Below, in pieces: positions 13,782 to 27,325 of a stretch of DNA of 64,000 nt. A program made the translations under genes and the position numbers. Origin of the DNA: Schizochytrium sp. TIO01 (lineage: Eukaryota; Protista; Bigyra: Labyrinthulomycetes); NCBI GenBank assembly GCA_004764695.1, contig SMSO01000031.1, positions 4,192,436 to 4,256,435 of the forward strand. The letters run 5' to 3'. The notes under the pieces are model-generated. The model searched no databases. It was given only the letters and a program-made list of their open reading frames with translations, and was not told where the DNA came from. Each line of letters begins with the position of its first letter. Position 1 is the first letter of the stretch.

Positions 13782-15434
13782 ATGGCACTCCTGATAGCGC
13801 CGCGGGCGCTTGTAGAACAGTTTTCGCGAGCTGCAGGAGTCCATGGTGGGCTAAACCAGCTGGCCTTGGTTCTTGTGGTCTACGCAGTGCTCGGCCGTGC
13901 AGTGCGGGTTCTTATGGACCGTAGCGGGATGGTTGTGGTTAACCTGGAGGTACAATGTACGTGCTCGCTGATGCTTGTAGCAGCTCTCGCAGTTCTCGAC
14001 ATGCAGGATTTGAAACGAAGGGTTGGCGCCTCGTGGCCGCAGGGAGCCGTCGAGGAAAGCTCTGTTCAGGAGGTTCACAACGCTGGAGACAGCTCTGACC
14101 ATCAAAATAGTGATGATGAGGAAACTGAGGTTGTTGAAGATGATGGACAAATCAATGATCAGTTAGAGTCTCCCAGGCATCGCCAACGTGAAAACCGGGT
14201 TGGAATCACACAGCGCCGAAGCGGCCAAGCAGCGGCAAGTTCCACGTCTCAGAACAATGCAGGCAAGGACAAGTCACTATTGAAGCGTTTCACATCTACA
14301 AACCCATTGCTACCTTCGGCAAATCTTGAACCATGGTGGGAGCATCGCCAGGAATCCTACACAGGTGAGCAGGAAGCAGCCATTCAGGAGATGCTTAACA
14401 GCCATTTTGGAGAGAATGCCCCAGAGGAGAAGCGCAGGGCACTCGAGCGTGTGATTGTAAATGGGGATGCACGAAGTGCTGCCATTCGTGCATTGGTTGC
14501 ACGCCAGTTTAACGTACAGGATGCCCGTAAGCTCGTGGATGATATGTTACAATGGCGTGCAGAAAACAAGATTGATGAAATCCTCAAGTACCCTCTGCCT
14601 CCTGAGACTCTTGGAAAAATTAGATCGTGTTTGTTTGACGGCTTCACAGGTGTTTGTAATCAAGGATGCCCTGTTTATTTGCTATTTGCAGGTCGTATGG
14701 ACCTCGCCGAGTGTAAGCGATTGGCCGGCATCGAAGACACGCTGAAGTATCATGTTCAAGTCATGGAATATAACATGAATGTGTACTACCCCCTTATCTC
14801 ACAAATGACCGGCAAGACAACTTCAAGAGTGACTCTTTTGCTTGATTTGAAAGGTTTTGGTGGACATAATGTGAAACCCTCGTTTTGGGAAATGATCAAT
14901 GGTAAGTATCATATATAATCGTCACACAATTGGCAAGTAGAAATCACGATGTGTTTAATAATAAGACAATAAACTTGGCGAATAAAATAGGATATATACT
15001 CCTTATCAAATGAATGTGTACGACTAACTACGGATGATCTGCAATGGTTCTTTTGATACCATTCCTCAACATGAAATACAGCTCTTGCTGCAATTGACAA
15101 CTTTTTCTACTACGAGTGGCTGAACAAAGTCATTATTGTTAATGCTGGTCTTTTCTTCAAGTTCTTTTGGAAAACCGCAGCCCCGCTGCTTCAGCCAGAA
15201 ACAAAACGAAAGTTTCATGTGATTGATATTAAGGGTTTGTCCGAGCACATCCCCTTGCATCAGCTTCCCGAGCGCTTTGGTGGTCATGTCGCAAATGAGG
15301 GTAGCTATTGTGATAAAGATCATCCTTGGACAAACCATTATCACAAGTTCGATAAATATGTGCGCGAACAAGCAGTACATTACCAGACGGAGGGCATGCC
15401 ACCACCGACGGTGGCAACTACTATTTCCAAATGA
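13782..15434 (+). CDS. CRAL-TRIO (Sec14-like) lipid-binding protein, 2 exons (13782-14901, 15082-15434), hydrophobic N-terminus
   Basis: CRAL-N motif (RALVARQFNVQDARKLVDDMLQWR) and core motifs GCPVY and LLLDLKGF. The GTAAGT...CAG intron 14902-15081 restores frame into NKVIIVNAGLFFKFFWK..PLLQPETKRKF..QLPERFGG. Confidence 0.9.
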
Positions 15435-17472
15435 TAATTTGTAGCGTCAGTAAGAAATGCCTAAAAAATGTGAATTTTCAATCCACATTGTAAAGCGTTG
15501 GAAATGCTAAATCTATCAACAGCAATTCAAGAGTTAGTGCACATTAAATACATACCATATACAAAAAGAATCTCAAGCGCAGTACATCATTAATCAGTTT
15601 CTCAAATTTTAACGAGGAGGGTGGCAAGCTAGGGTAAATAGAGTTAATTACAGACATGAAAGTAAAATAAAGAGTTTTAAATTACAACATGTAGCTGGAG
15701 CAACCCCACTCACTCAAAACAAAACGTCACTAGTATTTACATCTAAAAAAAATGGTGGCTAAGAGAATGCAAAACGCAGGAGCATTTGCAATAATCATAC
15801 AAGCAGGCAAGAGGTATTCTGCTAAGCAGAATCAAGAACAATTTGGCTCTCCGAGAATCGTCGATTATCAGACTGGGAGTGTGGAAACACACTAGAGTAA
15901 GCCTCGTTGAGTTGACGTCCGTACCTGGTCCCGAGGGGCCGTCGACGGGCGCTGTTAGCATTACTTTGTCACGGCGAAAAGACCCGTACTCTCATTCCAC
16001 AGATTCGGCTCCTGCGACGGCAGTCGTTCCGAAGAACGAGTGCCGCAACGATCTTGGCCTCTCAACCAGCCGAAGCTGGTAGTCTGTGTCCCGCACGATG
16101 GGTGTTCTGCCATTCCTGGCTGGCACTTGCTGCCCTGGTGCCCGAGGACTTTCCCACGACATAATGAGCCCGCCTCGAGGACGGGCGAGTGGGCCGCCGA
16201 AGCGTCCACTCCGTTCGTATGCCGTGCTGCCAACCTTGATGAGTTTCCGCACTGCTGTCACCAAAATCAGCACTCGAGAACCTGCTCATAATTATCTTGC
16301 AGTGATTAAACGTATTCCCGAAACAATTGCACAATCTCATTTGTATTCATTCTAAATTATAAGACTCCGCTATAGTTTAAACTTACCTCCGCCACTGATT
16401 CTCGCATCCACCCATTCAATACAAACGCTCCTTATCTTCCAGATCCCAAATAAGAGTGACCTAGACTAAACCATACTGTCATCACCTTTTTTCCCCCTCC
16501 ACATCACAAGCACCACCCGTTGTTCCGGGTATCCCCATGGGGTCCCCATAGACATAAGGTGTGTTCTAAGAGGTTTAATCACCATAGTGACCTATCAAGA
16601 GGTCTAAGAGCATGGATAGACCATTTCGAAACGAAGCAGAGTGTCAAGGTCAAACTGGCATCGCTCGCTCGCGCTCTCTCTCTTTCGCTCTTGGCGTTGG
16701 GGATACCAGTAGGCGGAGCTGCAACCCGTGGTATCGGCCACCAAACGCGCTCTAGATCACTACCCTCTTCCCTCCCCCCGCGACGACGCTGGTCCTAGGG
16801 ACGCCGGGATCGATCCATTCGTTCGTTCATTCATCCATTCTTCATTAAGCAGCCTTCAGCTACATATCTATTTCGTCTGTCTCTTTCCCGCGCGCGTTCT
16901 TCTCTGGAACGCCACAAGCTGCGACCTTGATCTTTGGTGAAGCAAAGCACTAAGCATACAGCACCCGCGCCGCCGCCGCCCGCCCGTGCATTCTCTCTCT
17001 TTCGTTCGGAATCGCTAGGATTCGCTCTGCTCTCGCCCTCTCTTTTCTCTTATTGTTTGACTGATTGATTTTTTTCTCTCAGTGATCCAGTGAGCAAATT
17101 GATTAACAAAAAGCAGGCACAAAGGATCTACTATCTTTTGTGCTCTTTGTTGTCTAACTTCGCGTCTCTCCGCACGCTTCTCTCAGCCGCTCTTCTGCTT
17201 GGATAAGCCGTTGAGCACATTGACAGGTCACTCTGTCAGCACGGATCTGTCTTTCTCAACGAAGAAAGAGTTTGACGGGAAACAGACGAAGTCTTTTTGG
17301 TAGGGCTTATCTTGTTGCCCACCTCAACTCGGTTATCTCACGCACCAATTGCTTAGATATTGCGGAGTGATTGACAGGTTATCTGATCGGTACTGACTTT
17401 CGGATTTGCATATCTCTATCTTTCTCTGTGGAATCCTGACGCAGACGACGAGATACGCAAGCAAGTAAATAA

Positions 17473-18162
17473 ATGTCCAAGGCTAACATGGGCGACTCTG
17501 CAGCACTTCCGGGCTCCGAAATGGGTGAGGGCCACGGATTTCACATGGATGGAGGCATGAACCTCGACGCTGCCGGAGGCAACCAGAATGGTCAGGCCGG
17601 TGCTTCTGGCAGCAATGGTCGTGGTGATGACAATGATAACGAAGATGATGCCCAGGGCCGCGAGACGGTCGATAAGAACGGCCCTGATTACGTAAACTTG
17701 CGTGGCATTGTAGGTCGCGTTCACTACACGACGCTGACTGAGGAGGAGCTCAAGATCCTGGAGGATGAAGATCTCTGGCCTGCCAGCAAAACTGAGGGCA
17801 AGTTTTTTCACGAGTTTACGGAGAATCAGATCAACACGTTGGCTAAGGTCCGCGACATGGTGTGGAACCGTCAGGTGCGCAAGGAGTTCCCTGACAACGA
17901 CCGCTTGCGCCAGGAAATGGAGCAGAAGCGGCAGCAGGAGCAGGAGGCACACCGGGAGGCTCTTGTGCAGGATCTCATGCACAACCAGCCGATGCATGTC
18001 GGCGTTGGCGAGGGCCTTGGTCGAGTCCCGCTAGAAACCTCCGACCACTATAACTCATTTTCGATGGATCAGGTCAAGGACCACTCGGCACAGCACAGCT
18101 ATGCGTCCATGCTCGATCGAAACCATATGGTGAACCGCATGCAGGGGGATTACACCGAATAA
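17473..18162 (+). CDS. Hypothetical 229-aa protein (Gly/Asp-rich N-terminus, compact central region, short coiled coil)
   Basis: ATG-started ORF with strong C/G-ending codon bias and an open antisense shadow frame; no family recognised. Confidence 0.7.
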   Translation: MSKANMGDSAALPGSEMGEGHGFHMDGGMNLDAAGGNQNGQAGASGSNGRGDDNDNEDDAQGRETVDKNGPDYVNLRGIVGRVHYTTLTEEELKILEDEDLWPASKTEGKFFHEFTENQINTLAKVRDMVWNRQVRKEFPDNDRLRQEMEQKRQQEQEAHREALVQDLMHNQPMHVGVGEGLGRVPLETSDHYNSFSMDQVKDHSAQHSYASMLDRNHMVNRMQGDYTE

Positions 18163-19166
18163 GTGAGCTGCTCGCTCGCTTGCTTGCTTGCCATTACATT
18201 CTTGCAATCCATTTTCCTGCTTAGCAAAAGCTGGAACAAATCGCAAGAGTGCTACTGGAGACGAAGCGCATGCATGCAAATCTCACGCGTCCTAGAAACA
18301 CAAGAAAGCAAACAGCCAACTCATTTCCTCTTCCTATCGAAACGAATCTCTCGCCAAGAAGCCAAACATCAAGCCAAGATCTAAAAAAAAAAAAAAAAAA
18401 AAAAAGACACCAACAAGATTGAACTCATCAAAAAGAAAAAGAAAAAGAAAGCACTTCTCGCTCGCCTCTGCTCTGTGGCTTTGCCGTCATGTCCTTAGCG
18501 ATGATCGCGATCCGCTACTTCTGTCGGCACGAGAAGCGAGTCCGGCACGTGTGTCATCTCCTTCCAGTCCTCCGCAGCCGCTGACAATTCTTTTGTTTAT
18601 AGCCTAGCCTACTGCTAAAGGTAACCCTAGTAATCCCACATTTCTCCATTTTTTCCTTCTCCTTATTATTTCTTATTAAATCTTAACCACCGACACAGGT
18701 TCTTATCGTTTAAGCTCCTTGTTTCTTGACGAAGGTTCTTTGTGAAGACCTTAGCAAGTAGGTCGCCCTGCGTGCTATATTTCATACGTCAGAATAATAT
18801 AAGAATGTTGTTAGCCAGGGCATAAGTTATGCTCTGATGTAATCGCATGATGGAACACATAGCAACGCAATTCGTAGTATTGCCTCACAAGTTTTATGAG
18901 AAACGATTTGTTGTGATGAGAATCTCGCCAGTCCTAAAATCATAGCCTCTACAGCGTGATTATATAGTAGAAAGTCTTTGAGTGAGTCTATATGTAATTT
19001 TGTATGCACAGATTGGAGAGGCGAAGATCATCTGGCTGCGTGATTTTTTTTTAATTTTATCATATTATTGTTCAAACGTCGCCAGTGAACGAAGCTTTGG
19101 AAAAAAAGAAACGAGAAAATAAAAAGAGGTAGTACTTTTGATTTAATTAATACTGGTATATATATT

Positions 19167-19218
19167 ACATAAACATAAACATAAACATAAACATAATAAT
19201 AATAATAATAATAATAAA
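19167..19218. repeat. Compound microsatellite (CATAAA)n(TAA)n
   Basis: Read directly. Confidence 0.85.
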
Positions 19219-20279
19219 TTATAGCCTAGATTTTTTTTCTTCAATTTCTTCAGAGATAGAGAATCTAGGGTTTCTGTGTTAGGCCAGAAATGGAGACGAA
19301 CAGGTGCTAGGCAGCGGAATAAATGTACCAAAGAAGCGATCCCGAATGTCAAAGAAAGGCCAATTGAACAAATTAAAAAGAGAGAAACAACAAACAAAAC
19401 CCTCGAGAGTAATGTAAAACAAATAGAAAAGAAGAGAGAATAATCAGGAGTCTTTGTCGGAAACTTAACATTTAAAATCCTAGGCAGGTTTAATATTCTG
19501 ATATAGATTCTCTTCGAAGAAAAGAAAGCTAGGGCAAAATACTGACAAACGGAAGGGAATCAAAAGTTGAGACTGCAACACTAAGATTAACTTTTAAAAA
19601 ATACAGATTAATTTTAATGCTCAAAATGTTCCCTCGCCTCTAGCTAGAGATCTATATCGTAGATAGTCTTTTAGCTCTACAGCACTTTAGCTGTCTCTCC
19701 AAGAGGTTCAAGTTCTCTGTGTCGATTTTTTTAGAATCAAATTCATACTCCTTCTTTCCGAGTCTGCTGAGATATCTCTGCAAAAGTTGCTTCTGTGTCA
19801 CCTTCGACTTCTTGAACAAATACGTGTTATTCCCACTAGGTCGTAGCTGCATTCATCTACAGAATATTTGTAGTCATACACACAATCACCTAGCAATGAA
19901 TGGATCCGTCTATATCACTAAAACCAAATTGCTGTCATGTATCGAGGATGTTTTGTCTCACTTGACCGAGTTCTGTTTAGAGGGATTGGCAAGAAGCCGA
20001 GAGTACTGTTTCGAAAAGGATATGACATTTGCCCAAACATATGAACAGTGATCCCCTTTATTCAAAAACTTGTTTGCTTCAGGAGCTCCTAACATTTCCG
20101 ATTCTCTGCATACATGGTATTTTCCCCTTTTCATTAAAAGCAATAAAAGAAAGGGGGGAAGAGAAGTAAGGAGAAGAGAAAGTGAGTATACAACGTATAG
20201 ACCATGGAATAAAATATTATGCTCGGCTTTGCAGAACTCAATGAAGTTTTTTTTTAAAGATACCATTGTGGACCAAAAC

Positions 20280-20407
20280 ATGCAGTCTTTTTAGAGGTAT
20301 GTCTACTTAACTGACATGGGTGCTCCGTCGTCGACGACAATTTATGCAGTCTTTTTAGAGGTATGTCTACTTAACTGACATGGGTGCTCCGTCGTCGACG
20401 ACAATTT
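20280..20407. repeat. Perfect 64-bp tandem duplication (2 copies)
   Basis: ATGCAGTCTTTTTAGAGG...GTCGTCGACGACAATTT occurs at 20280-20343 and again at 20344-20407. Confidence 0.95.
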
Positions 20408-23400
20408 TAATCGTTTACCATTTTGCAGCAATCAAACATAGCGTAAGTAAGTCACATTTGTGAGTGAAAGGTCCTATGTGTGCTCATTAGAAACTTGTCG
20501 TAATGATTGTTCTTGAATCAACAAACGTTTTTTTAATGTGAGACACGATACGGATGCGTTATAGTAATAGAAAGTTTGACTACTCGTTGGACTTATTTAA
20601 CGTTGTGAAATCAAGACTTTTCAGTTCCTGCACTCTAAAGGTACTCCAAGAGCATTAAAATTTCTTTTTCTAGCACACCTAGCGGAATGCAATGCGATTT
20701 GTGTTTATTCGATCATGTCTTGATATTATGAATATATAAACCGTTTGTGTGGCGGCGTTGCTCATTAAGCGAAATTTGCGGAGAAAATTGCTAGAATTTG
20801 CCCACAAACCACATTGGCATGGTGCTATATATTGACATAAGGCGTGTAGCATATGACATTGTTCAAGCTGTATAGCGCGTCGCAAGGTTCGAGAAGTGAT
20901 GCGATTATATTAAAAACACTTAAAATCAAACCATTATTTTAGAACAAACTGTTCAGCACGTGATATGAAGATCTTTAAAAAGAAAGAAAGTGGGAATATA
21001 GGCCTAGCAGCGTTGACTCACAATGGAGCCAAGGGTTTTCACCTCCTGTGGGAGGTTATTTAAAAAAAAAAAAAAGTGTGGGGCACAGCGCAATCTTTTC
21101 TGTCGTTTATTGCTTTAGAAACAAACCTCTTCATCGGACTGCTGGTGACAATCGAATGGAGTTTTCGAAAAGGTCTGGTTCAATGAGTACCAAGATCCAA
21201 GTATTGAGTTGTAATTTCTATTACGATAGGAGTTGTCGTAATTGAATGGGAGCCCTGCAAATATACACATGTTGTGATCAGTTAAAGTCAATTCATCATA
21301 CTCTGCAGTGCGCTTCACGATATCTATGTAAACAATCCTTTATATGATATCCGCGAGGTGAATTTTGCAAAAGAGGAGTGCGTCCCACCTTCAGTAATAC
21401 GCTTTGGCTTGAGATTTAATTCCAAGTAAACACACTGGCAGTCGCGGTTCGCCATTGAGACTAAAGTGCTAACTTTTTCGGTATCTGAAGGATGCAAAAA
21501 AAAAAAGAACTTGAAGGAGTGAGCAATGGGATCTTTTCAAAGTGTTTCTGTTCTGCTTAGTGGCTTATTTTCTCCACCAATAAATCATAAATAAACATTC
21601 CTATTTAAAAAATAAAAATACTCTAAAGTAAATTTCTATTTTAAAACTGGAAAAGAAAAGAAAAGAGAACAAGAATATGATTGAGAAAGAATAGTTCCCT
21701 ACCTACAACGTCGTATATTCATTTTTTTTTTTAAACTAAAATTCGACCATATAAATATTGGAATAAAGCATACGAGTAGGAGGTAATCATCAATTCGATT
21801 CGATTTAATTCAATTCGATTCGATCTGCTTGGAAAGGAAGAAAGGGGACGTGCCAAATAGAAAGACCCGACCTAACTCAACCCGACAGCATAAGACAAAG
21901 ATCCTGCAGCTTTCTGCTTTATATTATTGCAAGACAGGTACTAGTTACCTACGCTCTCATGGTCCAAACAAAGCCTTTCCAGATACCTACGTATTTCTTC
22001 TCCACCTTGAAATGAAAAGGACAACTCTGTATAATGCCTAGGTAGGTACTACCTAATCACTTGAAAATGGTTTTTATCGAAAACCTGCTAACGCTAAGAT
22101 CTTCTATTCGTAAAGGGTAGCGAAAAAGCAACCGCCAAGCCACCATTCTGGTTGTCAAGTTGAACCACCGCAGATAACTCAACTTCACTCGTGGCGCTGG
22201 AAATGATGATTAAGCTATGCAGACATCCCTGAGGACCTTGACCAGCTGCTAAACAGGCAGTCTGACCTAGCCGATGAGGCCCACGTGTGCATGAAGGCAT
22301 GAAGGATTCATGAAGTTATGGAAGGGCTGTCCTAACTAATGGAAAAGCCCACGGTTCGATTCTTTTCATAACTATAGGTTTGACTATGTGCAACTATTTT
22401 CAACTTGGAACGAAAGAAAGAAGGTATATACCGAAATCCAACAAGAATAAAGGCTGACACAGCAGCAAAGGCAAAACAAAAGGCAGCCTTTATGAACAGA
22501 ATAACGGTCTGCCTGCCTGAGGTAAAGAATGTCCAGTCCATGCCCTTGCTAACATCCAATTTACTTGATAGATAAACTTCGAGATATAAACCTTCCGAGG
22601 GACCTTCTACTGCTATCAATTCGCCAGACCGACCTGCATTGAAAGTTGATTGATCGGTACCTACTAATAGGTAGTTAGTTAGTCAGGCTAGGTAGGTATA
22701 TCATGTGTATGTTAATTTTAACTTATTAATTTGTAAATTAGACTTTTTAATTAAAAAAGTACGATTTTGACTTTCCTTGAGAGATGAGAGAGAGGTGATT
22801 TGATTCCAACGCAGCTTTTAAAATAAAGACAACCTTGCGAACCACTTAAAAAGAAACGGCAAGTCAGGAGTCTGAGTGGGCGAGTGCAGCGACTCAAGTA
22901 AAGCCCTCCCTCGAGAGATGGACGGGAGAGTTAGTCATGAGGTCGAGGTTTCAAGAGGCCAAACGAGAGAGCGGGAGAGAGCTCTCTCTCTCTGCCTACT
23001 ACCTTCCGCACAGACTGACACAGACAGAAAAACAGACAGACAGACACTTAGTTTGCCTAGGCCTGCCTAGCTCTCTAGCTAGAGTAAAAAGGAAAAGGGT
23101 GCTTGTTTGTGCCTAAAAAGTCGTTCGTTTTGTTCTGCTTGTTAGCCCAGAGAGGAAAACAAGTTTCTTTTTTCTCTTCGCAGCTTAGCAGCAAAGGAAG
23201 CCCAACTACCACCTTCCCAACGTTTGCACTGCTTGAAGTCGTTGTTTCTTCTGTGAAGCAAACTTGTTCTCCTGCGTGTTGCCGCGGGAAGCCTGCTGCT
23301 CTTTCCTTGAGTCGCCGCAACGCCACGTCGGTGTTCCATAGTCAAGAACGTTCCTTCACGGTCCTTGCGTTCTTCGGTGGTTCTGTGGTTGGTCTTGATC

Positions 23401-24112
23401 TTGAGTTTTTGGCATCTGCGTCTTACTTCCACTGGGCAGAGCAGTCGCAGTGAAGAACTATTTTGTTTTTGGTTTAGGTCGCGAACGAGCGTACGCAAAT
23501 CCCTCACAGCCCCTGGGTTTGAAGCTGGTGATCCGACCTCCACTGCCCCTCAGATGAGAGGAACTAGACACCACAGCTGGGGTTCCGTCACTGTGGCTCG
23601 TCAGCGCGAATTCCACCTTTTCGAATGTATTTCTACTCTCGGGATATATGCTGCACTGGAAGACAAGGTTCCACCGAGAGGAGGGACTCCAGTGGAGATG
23701 GCACCTGAGGGGTCTGAAATGATTGGCGCAGAGATTAGGCCAGTTTTCGGTGGTTCCTCAGCGACGCGTGTTTGTTCGATTGAGTGGCTGGCGCGCTTGA
23801 AAGAATGGCGGGTGTGGAAGAATGGGTGGTTGGGCGGGGCGTGTGCGAGGGTGTTTGTTCTACTGTACGGGCGGGCTTACAAGTGAGTTATCGCAGAATA
23901 GTTGACAGTATTTTGGCGGGAAAGTAGGAATTGGCGGTTTGTGGGAAAAAAGAGGCCCAAGAGGCACATAGAAAGACTAAGGAGAAGAAGGCTTGGGCGC
24001 TTGCTAAACAAATCAAATTCAAGACCATCCACGCAACGACCCTCCGCGCCGCTCCCCCCGCGACCGATCCCCCGCGACCCGCTTTTTGCGCACGAACGAA
24101 CGAATAGACATC

Positions 24113-26326
24113 ATGGCCGACCAGCAGCCCGACGTTGCCGCTCAGCAGCAGGATGTTGCCGCCCAGGGCGGTGAAGGCGCTATTGCCGGCGACGGCGAGA
24201 TGACCTCCACGTCCCTCGGCGACGGCCTTACCGTCGAGTCCGTAAGTTGATCTCTTCATACTCTACCTGCCGTGGACGAGGTTTCTTCTCTTTGGGGCTT
24301 TGAGGACGAACGAGGACCGTAATGCTTGACGCGATAACGCCTTGCGCGCGTTCTATCGCCCATCACGCGGCGGCTTTCTCCGCTCTCGTCATCGAGGCTC
24401 TCAAAGAATCTCTCTTTTTCTTAGTTTTCTCGCTTTCTTTCTTTCTCTCTTCTTCTGGACTAGGACTCGCTAGGATTTACTTATAGGGAACGGGAGGACC
24501 CCATAGTCATGATTGGGCTTCTTGGTTTTTCGCCTAGATAAGGCTCCTAAGAGTGGAACCTAACGGCAGCTTGTCAGGAGTCCTTGATTTTCTTTCATTC
24601 TTTTGATTTTCTCTTTCATCGCTCGTCTGCTCGTTTTCCTTTGGATGGTTTGATGCAGTGGCTGGGCACGCATGCGCACGCGCTCGTTGCTTGTGCGAGT
24701 GGTGGAAGTGAAAGGGACTCACATATCAGTATGGGGCATGATCACAACAGTGAAGGAACTGCTGAGGTTAATTGAAAAGAAAAGAAAGCAATGAGAAATT
24801 ACTACCTGGGAAAACAGAAAGAAGGCGAGCAATTAATTAATTTTTTGGTTGTTAGAAGAATCGGCAACCACGCAGGCATCTGAGGTATAATCGCGCATGT
24901 GGTGATGGACTGTGTAAAATAACTAACGATGATGATGAATATTTGTAAACACGACTGGATCATATATACAATGAATATGTGGGAAACCAATTGTTAAATG
25001 CGCGTCTCCAATCAAATATGCTGCTTGGAAATAATAGAACTGGACTGAGGTCACTGAGACCTTCGACGCCATGGACCTTCGCGAAGACCTTCTCCGTGGT
25101 ATCTACTCCTACGGTTTTGAGGCCCCCTCTGTAAGTGATCGTCTCTGTCTGACGTTGTTACACTACAATGAAAACATATATCAATGTGCAAAAATACTGA
25201 CATGCTCCTCTTCTATCCTGTAATATCTCATGCTGATCATATTATTCGTGGATACTCTATAATTTCCACTTCACAGGCCATTCAGCAGCGTGGTATTAAG
25301 CCCATCCTCCTCGGCCACGACACCATCGCCCAGGCCCAGTCCGGTACCGGTAAGACTGCCACCTTCGCCATCTCTGCCCTCCAGAAGCTCGACATGGACC
25401 GCCGCGAGACCCAGGCTCTGATCCTCTCCCCCACCCGTGAGCTTGCTGTCCAGACCCAGAAGGTTATCCTCGCCCTCGGCGACTACATGGGCGCCCAGGT
25501 TCACTGCTGTGTCGGTGGTACCGCTGTCCGTGATGACATCCGCATCCTCCAGGAGGGTGTTCACATCGTTGTCGGTACCCCCGGCCGTATTTGGGATATG
25601 CTTGGCCGTAACGCCATCCGCACCGAGAGCGTCCAGCTCTTTATTTTGGATGAGGCCGATGAGATGCTCTCCCGCGGTTTCCGTGACCAGATCTACGAGG
25701 TCTTCCGCTTCCTGCCCGAGAAGGTCCAGGTTGCTCTCTTCTCTGCCACCATGCCCCTCGAGGTCCTCGAGGTCTCCCGCCGCTTCATGCGTGACCCCGT
25801 CCGTATCCTTGTCAAGCGTGACGAGCTCACCCTTGAAGGTATTAAGCAGTTCTACGTCGCTGTTGAGAAGGAGGAGTGGAAGTTCGGCACCCTCTGTGAC
25901 TTGTACGAGACCCTCACCATCACCCAGGCTATCATCTACTGCAACACCCGCAGGAAGGTCGACTGGCTCACCGAGAAGATGCGCTCCAAGGACTTCACCG
26001 TCTCTGCCATGCACGGTGACATGGACCAGAAGGAGCGTGAGCTCATCATGCGCGAGTTCCGCTCGGGCTCTTCCCGTGTTCTCATCACCACTGATTTGCT
26101 CGCCCGTGGTATTGACGTGCAGCAGGTGTCTTTGGTGATCAACTACGATCTTCCCACCAACCGTGAGAACTACATCCACCGTATTGGCCGTGGCGGTCGC
26201 TTCGGTCGTAAGGGTGTGGCAATTAACTTCCTCACCGCCGGTGATGTGCGCTACCTTCGTGACATCGAGCAGTTCTACTCCACCCAGATTGAGGAGATGC
26301 CCATGGACGTCGCCGACTACGTGTAA
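24113..26326 (+). CDS. eIF4A: Translation initiation factor eIF4A (DEAD-box helicase), 3 exons (24113-24241, 25038-25130, 25277-26326), about 423 aa
   Basis: Q motif GFEAPSAIQQR rebuilt across GTAAGT..AG introns; motifs [21 protein letters not shown] and [36 protein letters not shown] matches eIF4A1/2 rather than eIF4AIII. Confidence 0.97.
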
Positions 26327-27125
26327 GCCCCGGGGGGGCTGGCTGTCTTCCACCTGGTTGGCACTCAATAACTTTAGACATACCTAAACCAAAACCCAAA
26401 AAAGGATGAAGAAAACCTCTCGGAAAACCAAGTATATTTTTTCGCTCTCAACTACTACTACGACTACTACAACTACTACAACAAAACATCTCTACTTCTA
26501 CACACAATTGCTTTCACTTCGTTTTGATAATCTCTCTTGCCTTTTTCTGTTAATGTTGTTTCCTGCCTTGATAACATATGATACCCATGGCTCATTTGAT
26601 GGTTTTGCTCTAAAGAAGCCGCACCCTTTGAACCTCCACATTTCTAAAAAGCTGTAATTTCTCGCGCAATTGTCCCTTGTACACCTAATGCTTCGACGGA
26701 TCAAGTTCTGCACCCCCCTTTCATTCAGATTGGCCATAACAACCATCAACGGCTTGATATAGCTCAATTTCAACCAATAGTGTCCATCCCCTTAGTAAGG
26801 TATTGAACTAAACTGGCTAAAAGAAAAAAACCATTGAAAAGGTATGATAGATGGACGACAAATCATGTCTGCCTTTTTCAACAAGAAGTAATGAACGATA
26901 GAACGTAAAACAAGGTGTTCTGAGTAGAAATCAGCCTGCACTTGGAAGGTTAAGTGAACCACTTACATGATTGAAAAAAATGTTTTATCATCAAAATACC
27001 ATTCATAGTATAAGATTCAGGTAGTGAAGGAGTCCGCTCCAATAGATTGTGCTAAATTCAAAGAATGAAAGATGCCAGCCAGAACTTACACACCAACAAG
27101 AGGATTGGATGCATCTCGAACCCTG

Positions 27126-27196
27126 AAAGGAAATGATCAACCGCACAAGTTTTGCTCAACCTCAAAGGAGATGATCAAACGCACAAGTTTGCTCAA
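27126..27196. repeat. Imperfect tandem duplication of about 38 bp downstream of BET1
   Basis: AAAGGAAATGATCAACCGCACAAGTTTTGCTCAA followed by AAAGGAGATGATCAAACGCACAAGTTTGCTCAA. Confidence 0.85.
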
Positions 27197-27325
27197 ATTA
27201 TTGTGCTTTTTTGCCAACCCACGAATTTTAAGAACATGATTTCCGCTGTGCATGAATGTCTAGTGGCTTGGGTTTTCATGGGTGGTTTGTATAATAGTTT
27301 TGTCTTCGGAAGTGTCCAGGAGCGA

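Noticed and set aside
15743-16355. Cluster of short overlapping GC-rich ORFs (similar clusters at 23075-23886 and 33500-34200)
   Set aside because: No dominant frame or recognisable motif; cannot be called coding.
17416-17997. 193-aa hydrophobic antisense ORF
   Set aside because: Shadow of the codon-biased plus-strand gene.
19600-20150. Possible DDE transposase remnant (LLGDCVYDY on the minus strand)
   Set aside because: A single short motif with no terminal repeats or other catalytic motifs.
25184-25276. N-terminus MCKNTDMLL... given by the ORF track for eIF4A
   Set aside because: It is intron 2 sequence; splicing restores the Q motif.
24242-25276. Intronic snoRNAs in eIF4A, by analogy with vertebrates
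   Set aside because: Isolated ATGATGA and CTGA words occur but not in C-then-D order with terminal stems or recognisable rRNA guides; an Infernal search would settle it.
25271-26368. 365-aa antisense ORF and 233-aa alternate-frame ORF over eIF4A
   Set aside because: Shadow frames expected from the extreme codon bias of a highly expressed gene; no protein motifs.
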